From NCBI RefSeq assembly GCF_030013205.1, contig NZ_CP122648.1: a stretch of 64,000 bases of DNA. The stretch is one strand, 5' to 3'. The notes below the pieces were generated by a model. It was not told the DNA's origin and ran no database searches. It was given only the letters and a program-made list of their open reading frames with translations. This DNA is from Escherichia coli. GTDB lineage: Bacteria; Pseudomonadota; Gammaproteobacteria; Enterobacterales; Enterobacteriaceae. Shown piece after piece: positions 11,651-21,019 of the stretch. Position 1 is the first letter of the stretch. Each line of letters starts with the position of its first letter. The translations under genes and the position numbers were made by a program.

Positions 11651-12568
11651 ATGAACTTCAGACGCCTGAAATACTTCGTAAAAATTGTAGATATTGGTAG
11701 CCTGACCCAGGCTGCTGAAGTATTGCATATCGCACAACCGGCGCTCAGCCAGCAGGTTGCCACACTGGAAGGTGAGTTAAATCAACAACTTTTGATTCGC
11801 ACAAAACGGGGCGTTACGCCAACTGACGCCGGAAAAATTCTCTATACCCATGCGCGGGCCATTTTACGTCAGTGTGAGCAGGCCCAACTGGCGGTGCATA
11901 ACGTTGGTCAGGCATTATCGGGGCAAGTCTCGATTGGCTTTGCGCCAGGAACCGCTGCGTCATCCATCACCATGCCCTTATTACAGGCGGTTCGCGCTGA
12001 ATTTCCGGAGGTCGTTATCTATCTTCATGAAAATAGCGGTGCAGTGCTTAACGAAAAACTGATAAATCACCAACTCGATATGGCGGTGATTTATGAGCAT
12101 TCCCCTGTGGCTGGTGTATCCAGTCAGGCTTTACTGAAAGAAGATCTTTTTCTGGTAGGAACTCAAGATTGCCCGGGGCAAAGCGTTGATGTTAATGCTA
12201 TTGCGCAAATGAACCTCTTTCTCCCAAGTGATTACAGTGCAGTTAGACTTCGTGTTGATGAGGCTTTTTCCCTACGGCGACTTACGGCAAAAGTCATTGG
12301 TGAAATTGAGTCTATTGCCACGCTTACCGCAGCGATTGCTAGCGGCATGGGCGTTGCAGTATTACCCGAATCGGCCGCGTGTTCGTTATGTGGCGCAGTA
12401 AACGGGTGGATGTCACGCATTACCACACCTTCCATGAGTCTCTCTTTGTCATTAAATTTACCCGCCAGAGCGAACTTATCACCACAGGCGCAAGCAGTGA
12501 AAGAGTTGTTAATGTCAGTGATGAGTTCTCCAGTGATGGAAAAAAGGCAGTGGCAATTGGTCAGCTAA
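11651..12568 (+). CDS. nac: nitrogen assimilation control protein (LysR family)
   Basis: ORF 11621-12568; start at internal ATG 11651 (MNFRRLKYFVKIVDIGSLTQAAEVLH, LysR HTH). Confidence 0.9.
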   Translation: MNFRRLKYFVKIVDIGSLTQAAEVLHIAQPALSQQVATLEGELNQQLLIRTKRGVTPTDAGKILYTHARAILRQCEQAQLAVHNVGQALSGQVSIGFAPGTAASSITMPLLQAVRAEFPEVVIYLHENSGAVLNEKLINHQLDMAVIYEHSPVAGVSSQALLKEDLFLVGTQDCPGQSVDVNAIAQMNLFLPSDYSAVRLRVDEAFSLRRLTAKVIGEIESIATLTAAIASGMGVAVLPESAACSLCGAVNGWMSRITTPSMSLSLSLNLPARANLSPQAQAVKELLMSVMSSPVMEKRQWQLVS

Positions 12569-12669
12569 GCGTTATATCGGGATGGAATAAGATGCGGGTT
12601 TTTATTATTTGTTATGCCGGGCATTAGACTTTAACAATAACGGGATATCTGAACTGCCCGGAGTTTACC

Positions 12670-13620
12670 GTGAATTTCCAACAACTAAAGATAATCCGCG
12701 AGGCTGCACGTCAGGATTACAACCTGACAGAGGTTGCGAATATGCTTTTTACCTCACAGTCAGGCGTCAGCCGTCACATTCGGGAACTGGAGGATGAACT
12801 TGGCATCGAAATATTTGTTCGACGAGGTAAGCGACTGCTGGGCATGACTGAACCGGGCAAAGCATTACTGGTCATTGCAGAACGTATTCTGAATGAAGCC
12901 AGTAATGTTCGTCGGCTTGCAGACCTGTTTACCAACGATACGTCTGGCGTTCTCACTATTGCAACGACGCATACTCAGGCACGTTATAGCTTGCCAGAGG
13001 TCATTAAATCTTTTCGCGAACTATTCCCGGAGGTTCGGCTCGAGCTAATCCAGGGGACGCCACAGGAAATTGCGACGTTGTTGCAAAATGGCGAAGCTGA
13101 TATTGGTATTGCCAGCGAGCGTTTGAGTAATGACCCGCAGCTCGTCGCCTTCCCGTGGTTTCGTTGGCACCATAGTTTGCTTGTTCCACTCGATCATCCC
13201 TTGACGCAAATTACACCATTGACGCTGGAATCAATAGCGAAGTGGCCGTTAATTACTTACCGACAGGGGATTACGGGGCGCTCACGTATTGATGACGCAT
13301 TTGTCCGCAAAGGTTTGCTGGCAGATATTGTATTAAGTGCGCAGGATTCTGATGTCATTAAAACCTATGTTGCTCTTGGGCTGGGGATCGGATTAGTTGC
13401 CGAACAATCCAGTGGTGAACAAGAGGAAAAGAATTTAATCCGTCTGGATACGAGGTATCTTTTCGATGCTAATACTGTCTGGTTGGGACTGAAGAGAGGG
13501 CAACTTCAACGTAACTATGTTTGGCGCTTTCTGGAACTTTGTAATGCAGGACTGTCAGTTGAGGATATCAAGCGCCAGGTGATGGAGAACAGTGAAGAGG
13601 AAATTGATTATCAGATATAG
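12670..13620 (+). CDS. cbl: LysR-family regulator Cbl (sulfonate utilization)
   Basis: 316 aa ORF MNFQQLKIIREAARQDYNLTEVANMLFTSQSGVSRHIRELE...; CysB paralog next to nac. Confidence 0.9.
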   Translation: MNFQQLKIIREAARQDYNLTEVANMLFTSQSGVSRHIRELEDELGIEIFVRRGKRLLGMTEPGKALLVIAERILNEASNVRRLADLFTNDTSGVLTIATTHTQARYSLPEVIKSFRELFPEVRLELIQGTPQEIATLLQNGEADIGIASERLSNDPQLVAFPWFRWHHSLLVPLDHPLTQITPLTLESIAKWPLITYRQGITGRSRIDDAFVRKGLLADIVLSAQDSDVIKTYVALGLGIGLVAEQSSGEQEEKNLIRLDTRYLFDANTVWLGLKRGQLQRNYVWRFLELCNAGLSVEDIKRQVMENSEEEIDYQI

Positions 13621-13621
13621 C

Positions 13622-13650
13622 AAAAAGCCCGCTATAAAAGCGGGCTTTTC
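13622..13650. terminator. bidirectional rho-independent terminator between cbl and asnU
   Basis: Hairpin agcccgc-tataaaa-gcgggct with flanking A/T runs. Confidence 0.6.
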
Positions 13651-13657
13651 AGAAATT

Positions 13658-13733
13658 TGGCTCCTCTGACTGGACTCGAACCAGTGACATACGGATTAAC
13701 AGTCCGCCGTTCTACCGACTGAACTACAGAGGA
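13658..13733 (-). tRNA. asnU: tRNA-Asn (GUU)
   Basis: Reverse complement matches the tRNA-Asn sequence exactly. Confidence 0.9.
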
Positions 13734-13893
13734 ATCGCTGTTGAGGCACATCTTAACGGCGAAAAATCTTTTGTCAAACCCGATTTTTAAATTTCCCAAC
13801 TGTTTGCCGTTTCTATCAACAGTTTGTTGCATTTGCAGACAATTTGTTGGCGAAAATCTTTGCAGCTTTGCTGATTCTCCCTCATTATTTGAA

Positions 13894-15381
13894 ATGTGGT
13901 TTCACTTTCTGCAATTAAGGTCGGCTTTGAATATCTCCTCTGCTTTACGCCAGGTTGTTCACGGCACTCGCTGGCACGCTAAACGCAAGAGCTACAAAGT
14001 GTTGTTCTGGCGCGAGATAACCCCGCTTGCTGTTCCTATCTTCATGGAGAACGCCTGTGTCCTGTTGATGGGTGTCCTGAGCACTTTTCTGGTCAGCTGG
14101 CTGGGAAAAGATGCGATGGCCGGCGTGGGATTGGCGGACAGCTTCAATATGGTCATTATGGCATTTTTTGCGGCTATCGATCTTGGTACCACTGTCGTTG
14201 TGGCATTTAGTCTCGGTAAGCGGGATCGACGACGAGCGAGGGTGGCGACGCGGCAGTCATTGGTGATCATGACGTTGTTTGCCGTGCTGTTGGCAACGCT
14301 TATTCATCATTTTGGCGAACAAATTATTGATTTCGTTGCGGGTGATGCCACGACAGAAGTTAAAGCACTGGCGTTGACTTATCTGGAGCTGACGGTACTC
14401 AGTTATCCAGCAGCTGCCATCACTTTGATTGGTAGCGGGGCACTTCGTGGTGCAGGGAATACGAAAATACCGCTACTGATTAACGGTAGCCTGAATATTC
14501 TTAATATTATTATTAGCGGCATATTGATTTACGGCCTTTTCTCCTGGCCGGGACTGGGATTTGTCGGGGCTGGGTTGGGGTTAACCATTTCTCGTTATAT
14601 TGGCGCAGTGGCAATTTTGTGGGTGCTGGCGATTGGTTTTAATCCTGCGCTAAGGATTTCGTTAAAGAGCTATTTTAAACCGCTGAATTTTAGCATTATC
14701 TGGGAAGTCATGGGGATTGGTATTCCAGCGAGTGTCGAATCAGTATTATTTACCAGTGGTCGGTTATTAACCCAAATGTTCGTTGCCGGGATGGGGACCA
14801 GTGTTATTGCCGGGAATTTTATCGCGTTTTCAATTGCGGCTCTTATCAACTTACCCGGAAGTGCGCTCGGCTCTGCTTCTACGATCATTACAGGCCGAAG
14901 GTTGGGGGTAGGGCAGATAGCGCAAGCAGAGATTCAGTTGCGGCATGTGTTCTGGCTGTCCACTCTTGGATTAACGGCCATCGCCTGGCTAACGGCTCCC
15001 TTTGCCGGGGTTATGGCATCGTTTTACACCCAGGATCCACAGGTTAAACATGTCGTTGTGATTCTGATTTGGCTAAATGCTTTATTTATGCCTATTTGGT
15101 CCGCCTCATGGGTGCTACCCGCTGGATTTAAGGGTGCTCGCGATGCCCGTTACGCCATGTGGGTTTCTATGTTGAGCATGTGGGGTTGCCGGGTTGTAGT
15201 CGGTTATGTGCTGGGAATCATGCTTGGCTGGGGTGTGGTTGGTGTCTGGATGGGAATGTTTGCCGACTGGGCTGTGCGGGCCGTGCTGTTTTACTGGCGA
15301 ATGGTTACTGGACGTTGGCTGTGGAAATATCCTCGACCCGAGCCGCAAAAGTGTGAAAAAAAGCCAGTTGTGTCGGAATAA
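13894..15381 (+). CDS. yeeO: MATE-family efflux transporter
   Basis: ORF 13741-15381, 12-TM-like hydrophobic profile; start uncertain, 13894 (MWFHFLQ...) chosen because 13741 abuts asnU. Confidence 0.8.
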   Translation: MWFHFLQLRSALNISSALRQVVHGTRWHAKRKSYKVLFWREITPLAVPIFMENACVLLMGVLSTFLVSWLGKDAMAGVGLADSFNMVIMAFFAAIDLGTTVVVAFSLGKRDRRRARVATRQSLVIMTLFAVLLATLIHHFGEQIIDFVAGDATTEVKALALTYLELTVLSYPAAAITLIGSGALRGAGNTKIPLLINGSLNILNIIISGILIYGLFSWPGLGFVGAGLGLTISRYIGAVAILWVLAIGFNPALRISLKSYFKPLNFSIIWEVMGIGIPASVESVLFTSGRLLTQMFVAGMGTSVIAGNFIAFSIAALINLPGSALGSASTIITGRRLGVGQIAQAEIQLRHVFWLSTLGLTAIAWLTAPFAGVMASFYTQDPQVKHVVVILIWLNALFMPIWSASWVLPAGFKGARDARYAMWVSMLSMWGCRVVVGYVLGIMLGWGVVGVWMGMFADWAVRAVLFYWRMVTGRWLWKYPRPEPQKCEKKPVVSE

Positions 15382-15481
15382 ACGACAAAATGCAGATTAT
15401 TTCAGCAAACGATTTCAAATTTAAAAAACAGGCTTTGACATTGTGGATGGGCATCGCTAATATTCGCCTCGTTCTCACGAT

Positions 15482-15557
15482 TCCTCTGTAGTTCAGTCGG
15501 TAGAACGGCGGACTGTTAATCCGTATGTCACTGGTTCGAGTCCAGTCAGAGGAGCCA
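15482..15557 (+). tRNA. asnW: tRNA-Asn (GUU); integration site of the island that follows
   Basis: tcctctgtagttcagtcggtagaacggcggactgttaatccgtatgtcactggttcgagtccagtcagaggagcca. Confidence 0.9.
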
Positions 15558-15718
15558 AATTCAAGTTTTCATGCTTATCTGTACGTCTCTATTTGTTTAC
15601 GATTCAGTAAGTTAGCGTGAAAATCCTTCCCGGTGCGTATCTGGTTTTCTCTCTGTATCGGGATAATTTGGTGGTCAGATCTGGGGTCAGTTTGGTTCGA
15701 TTCTGGAGTGACCCCCAA

Positions 15719-16980
15719 ATGTCTTTAAACGATTCTAAAATCCGCAAGTTAAAACCCTCTTCCCGTCCGGTAAAACTCTCCGACTCTCACGGTCTGTATC
15801 TGCTCGTCAATCCGGGCGGTTCACGCATCTGGTATCTCAAATATCGTTTCAACGGAAAAGAATCCAGAGTCAGTCTTGGCGCATACCCGCTTGTCTCACT
15901 GGCAGAAGCCAGGCAACAGCGCGACGGTATCCGTAAGTTACTGGCGCAGAATATCAACCCGGCGCAGCAGCGCATGGCGGAGAAAGCGGCCTGCTCCCCT
16001 GAAAAGTGCTTTAAGGCAGTGGCGCTGGCCTGGCACAAAACCAACAAAAAATGGTCGGCTGATTATGCCGCCCGTATTCTCGCCAGTATGGAAAACCATA
16101 TCTTCCCGGCGATTGGTCATCTGCCAGTTGCCACTCTTAAAACGCAGGATTTACTGCTTTGTTGCGGGTTATCGAGGATAAAGGCTTTCTGGAAGTCGCG
16201 TCCCGAACCCGGCAGCAACTCAGCAACATCATGCGCTATGCCGTTCAGCAGGGGCTTACCGAAAGCAATCCGGCGCAGCATCTGGATGGCGTTGTCGCCT
16301 CACCCGTAAAGAATCACTACCCCGCGTTACTGCTGGAGCGGTTGCCCGAACTGCTTGGCCGCATCGGTGACTATCAGCAGGGCCGGGAGTTAACACGGCT
16401 GGCGGTGGTGCTGACGTTGCACCTGTTTATCCGTTCCAGCGAACTGCGTTTCGCCCGCTGGAGCGAGATCGATTTCAGGCACAAAATCTGGACCATCCCC
16501 GCCACCCGCGAGGCAATCGACAAAGTACGGTTTTCGGGGCGTGGCGCAAAAATACGTACCCCGCATATCGTGCCGCTCTCCCGCCAGGCGATTGCCATTC
16601 TGAAACAGATACAGGAGCTTTCCGGCCATCTGGATCTGGTGTTTCCCGGTGATCATAACCCGTACAAGCCAATGAGTGAAAACACCACCAACCGGGCGCT
16701 ACGCCTGATGGGGTATGATACGAAAACTGAAATCTGCGGGCATGGACTCAGGGCGATGGCCTGTAGCGCCCTGGTGGAGTCGGAGCTGTGGTCACGCGAT
16801 ACGGTGGAGCGGCAAATGAGCCACCAGGAGCGTAACAGCGTGCGGGCAGCCTATGTGCATAAAGCGGAGCATCTGGAGGCCAGAAAGGCCATGATGCAGT
16901 GGTGGTCGGATTATCTGGATGTGTGCCGCGAGGGGTATGTTGCGCCGTACATTTATGCCCGGCAGCATAAGGCAGCCTGA
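15719..16980 (+). pseudogene. P4-type tyrosine integrase, frameshifted
   Basis: Two overlapping ORFs in different frames (15617-16309, 16159-16980) that together span one integrase (MSLNDSKIRKLKP... / ...RHHGLQ-like catalytic C-terminus); frame breaks near 16155-16165. Confidence 0.8.
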
Positions 16981-17119
16981 ATCAGAAATAACGGAAATCA
17001 TTAAAAATGTAAAAGCAGATCCTGATTGACCGGGATCTGCTTATTGTATTGAGAAGTATTACCATTTTTCTGTTATTATCAATCGGAAAGTATCTAAAAA
17101 TATTTGGCCCCAAATAATT

Positions 17120-17560
17120 TTGGTGAAAACCAATCAATAAACCATTTATCAATAGGTAAGTACCGGAAATTATTCCAGTAGAATATTTTCAGGCGATTGC
17201 CTATTAATAAATACATTATTGATAGATAAGTGCCTTCTGTGATTTGTCCGCAAATCACAGAAGATGAAAACCTATCAATACGGGATATTTTCACGGAAAT
17301 ACCAATTAATACTCCAGAATATCTCCTGACCATATACTCTGAAACCTGTAAGAACTGCATCAGATATTGAGAGACCATATAGATATAAGTCTGAAATTAT
17401 TTTGTTTCCAATGATTTCAGGCGAAAACCTATCAATGCATCTGTTTTCAATAGGCAGCCACCTTCCGTGATTAACATGTTAATCACGGAAGGTGAAAAGC
17501 TATCAATAATCGATATTTTCACGGAATTACCACTTAATACATCCCAAAAAATGCGCCATA
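17120..17560. repeat. two tandem ~220 bp units, each with a long palindrome, in AT-rich non-coding DNA
   Basis: Palindromes cttctgtgatttgtccgcaaatcacagaag (~17234-17263) and ccttccgtgattaacatgttaatcacggaagg (~17457-17488), each followed by gaaaa(c/g)ctatcaata...gatattttcacggaa. Confidence 0.5.
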
Positions 17561-18317
17561 AAATACCGGGCAATCTTTCCTGATACACATTATCACTGCA
17601 CCAGCTATACAGAGACAAAATAATCTGCACCAGCCCCTGTAAATCGGTTATTTGTGCCAGTGTCCCGCCGCTCTACCTGTTCAGGGTTGTGCCAGTTTCT
17701 GGCCCTTTGGTTTTCGGCCCTTTCCGGTCAGGCGCTGTTACCCTTATTGCCCCTTAACCTTTATGACCCTTTCCCTTTCTGACGCAACCAGTTTATTTTG
17801 AAATGCTCCATGACAGTCTGCACCAGACTGTATTTTCACCACAGGATAACGATCACAAAGTGCAAAAAAATAACATGAAGCACCAAAGATTGTTAATCTA
17901 TATGTAGCAGGTAATGATGTCAAAAACTGTCGCAGCATTTTTTATAAAATTATGAGACATTCTGTGGGCATATAATATATGTCACAAGATGCAGGAAAAC
18001 AAAGAGAGAGTTTTCAGATATAATCCTGCGTTAGAATTAATGTGATGCCCCGGTGAATTTACATTTTAAAATTTCCCTGTCCCGTAATATCGGTAAAAAC
18101 GATTGAAACACCAGCTATTAATCGGGAACGTCTCGAGTGATTACAGGGTAATCACTATAATATCCCGGCAAACTATATTGGTTAAGCAGGAGAATCTGAT
18201 CAGTTGATATTTATTCGTCATGCTGTAACGATATTTTCACAATATAAACCCGTTCGCCCCCTGCGCCAGATCCGGTACAGAGGGTACGATAAATCGCTGT
18301 CGTTACGCAGTAACGTA

Positions 18318-18935
18318 CTATTTTGCGACATTCATGAATTCAGTCATTCCTCCCTCCAGCGGTAGCCGTACACCTGTTTCACCCAGCGACCGCGACCGTC
18401 GCCATGACCCAGATCCGTCGCCGTCAGCGCCAGTGACTCCTTTTCGCTGAATCCCTGCGCCAGTATCCAGGACTGTCGTATAACGGGGACGCCCGCCTTT
18501 GGTGCCAAATACCACTTTTAGCCGGGTTTCACCGCGGGAAATGGCTTTCAGCCACGTTTTCAGCGACTGTGAACTCTGTACCGCCTCCTGCGAACGCAGC
18601 CCCATCAGCCGCGCAATCTCCAGCGCTGCTGCCAGCCCTGCGTCCTGAGTACGGGCTTTCTCCATCACCTGCCTGCGTCCAGCCTGTCTCAGCACGGCCC
18701 GCAACGCTGCCATTTCGTTTTGCAACGTTCGTAAACCAATATCCAGCTCCAGCCGTTCCTCAATGTAGCATTCGATATGGCGAACCTTGATCTGCTCCAC
18801 CCGCTGGATCTGGATATTCAGCGCCCGTAAATGTTCACTGAACCGTTTTGTAATATGGATACGGTCATTCACCGTTTTGAAGCTGCCGCCCGCTTTCTTC
18901 GCCAGCGCCTTCATTTCACTGCTTAATTTACTCAT
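18318..18935 (-). pseudogene. integrase-domain (Integrase_1-like) protein, apparently truncated
   Basis: N-terminal 160 aa (MSKLSSEMKALAKKAGGSFKTV...VVFGTKGGRPR) resemble island-associated integrase-domain proteins, then the sequence degenerates to low complexity and stops early. Confidence 0.45.
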
Positions 18936-19851
18936 GAATCCCTCTGCAACAAAAACAAACAGTCTCCGGCGTGTGCTTTTTGGCTGCGCCAGAACGATAC
19001 CTTTACGCCGGAGTGGTAGTTTGTTGAGGTTTAGGGAGTTTCAGGCTGTACGCAGTACAGACTGCCTGCGAAGCAGGAGTGTCTCCGGGGCTTCTTGCCC
19101 CCCTCGGTATCGATCTTTTTCTCCTTTACTCTTAGCTGACAGCGGCCCCAAAGGGCATGTCAGACGGCGGAAATATGGCGCAGGCCAGAACTGGCGCGGC
19201 TTGTGGCGGTAAGTTGTGCGGCGTCACTTTGCTTTTTCGCTGGCGCGACCAAAGTGACGCCTCGTCTGGTGCAGGGGGTAAACGTTACGTTTCTGGTGCA
19301 GGGTGACGGTCACGCGGCAGCAAAGCCTGACGGCAATGCAGGCCGCAGCCCGTCAATGTAAGGCGCTGGTTGTCAGCAGAAGATAAAACCCGGCAAAGCC
19401 AGAGTGTCAGCCCGTAAAGCCGGGTATCTGGTGCAGTGATGGTGTATATGTACGTCAGTCTCAGATGCAGGTATTTTTGCATCCCCGGCGTTTTCAGAGA
19501 TCAACGCCGGTAAAGGATGCCATGCTGGCGAAGCCAGGCGCTTCTTTCAGACGTGAAGCGACAAAGGGACTGCCCGGAGGCAGTTTGTTGCAGGCGGGAG
19601 ACTGCGCCATTATTTCTGGTGCAGGAAGGAAAAACTGTTTCCGGGTTTAAAAGATTGTTTGCTTACCTGGTGACGGAAAAACTGCCGCGCTTCGCTTGTC
19701 TTCTCCCGGCGCGCTGCCAGCAAAAGCAGGCAGCGCGCCGGGAGAGTCTGGTTTTACTGTAACAATGCGCCTGACGGTTCAGCCATCAGGATCGGCGTTT
19801 ATGCATGAGTCTTCCGGTACGGTTGCCCCGATCATCGATGTATCTGGACGG

Positions 19852-20040
19852 TCAGATAATTTCCGGTGATGTTTCCAGCGCATCCGCAATCAGTTTTTCG
19901 CCGCGCGGCCTGGAGCGGGTCAGCGCATTTGCCAGCGTGGAAGACGCCAGCCCGGCCCTGCGGGAAACCTCAGCCAGCGATGTTCCCTTTTTTCTCAGGC
20001 CCGCGATAATATCGGCGGGGTGCCAGTCGGGTTGCATCAT
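19852..20040 (-). pseudogene. Ner/Nlp-like HTH DNA-binding protein, shortened by an in-frame TGA
   Basis: MMQPDWHPADIIAGLRKKGTSLAEVSRRAGLASSTLANALTR... matches the Ner-like family; ends ...SPEII-TGA-PSRY where the family has IWPSRY (TGG to TGA). Confidence 0.55.
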
Positions 20041-20498
20041 GCTGGCCTCCCGTCGATAACCTGTATGCCGTCAGCAGTACATATCCAGCGTGGGGCGTTC
20101 AGATTGGCGGCAAAATACCAGACCAGTTCGCACAGCAGCCCGGTCAGCGTGGTTTCGGTTTCCGGCAGCAGCACGTGGCCGTTCAGTATCTGCGTCAGCG
20201 CCAGGCAGTAATCGCAGAGTGATCCTGCATCAGGCTCAAAACCGGGTGAAACATCGGGAAGATCATTCGTAATAAACCCGTCAATCAGATGTGGTGGGAT
20301 CGGCTCGTTCAGCGTGGGCCGCAACAGTGCAAGACAGGTATTAAGCCTGCCACAGAGCGCCGTTTTCAGCGCCGGATCGCAGCACTCGATGAGCGTTGTG
20401 GCAACGCGATCGCAGTACTCCGCCAGATCGGTGAAATCGGTAGCGGCACTAAAGGGAACAGCAAGTAAATTGCATTCAGAGGTGAGAGTAGTCGCCAT
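20037..20498 (-). CDS. hypothetical protein, cotranscribed with the Ner-like gene
   Basis: 153 aa ORF whose stop overlaps the start of the downstream Ner-like ORF by 4 bp; no family assignable. Confidence 0.4.
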   Translation of the reverse strand: MATTLTSECNLLAVPFSAATDFTDLAEYCDRVATTLIECCDPALKTALCGRLNTCLALLRPTLNEPIPPHLIDGFITNDLPDVSPGFEPDAGSLCDYCLALTQILNGHVLLPETETTLTGLLCELVWYFAANLNAPRWICTADGIQVIDGRPA

Positions 20499-21019
20499 AA
20501 GGCCGTCTACAGTGAGTGATAAATATTCCAGCCACTGGAGAGGCTAATCTCACGGGTGGTGGAACCGGACGGGGTTAGCCTTACCAGCCTCACTGACACT
20601 GGCGCGTCTTTCGACGCCCCCGCCCGATCCCGCCATTGAGATGAGACCGTGCGCGACACACAAATATTGTATCGTCAGTGAGGATCTTCAGGAGGCTAAT
20701 CCCGACGCCTGATTTTGCAGGCGCGGCGCAACAATACAATGTTCGGTAATTTTCAGCAAGAGGTTTAGCGGAAGCAGACGCACAGGAAAATACAATCACG
20801 CGATAAATATTAAATACAATTATATTTATATAAAATATATATTGAGCAATATGCAGACACTTTCCAGTAAATATCCTGTCAGTTAATTCGTCCCGTTGAT
20901 ATCAGTCAAAAAAATAAATGTAAAAAGAGCGTATTTCGTTTCATACAGTAACGTTATTTATCATTTTGTCCGGTGTCGCCAGCATCAGGCCAGATGAACC
21001 ATAAAAAAGGATATCAGCG

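Noticed and set aside
17094-17630. Two paralogous minus-strand ORFs (94 and 77 aa) as real genes
   Set aside because: Their similarity follows from the tandem DNA repeat they cross; composition is low-complexity and AT-biased with no start context. The locus is reported as a repeat instead.
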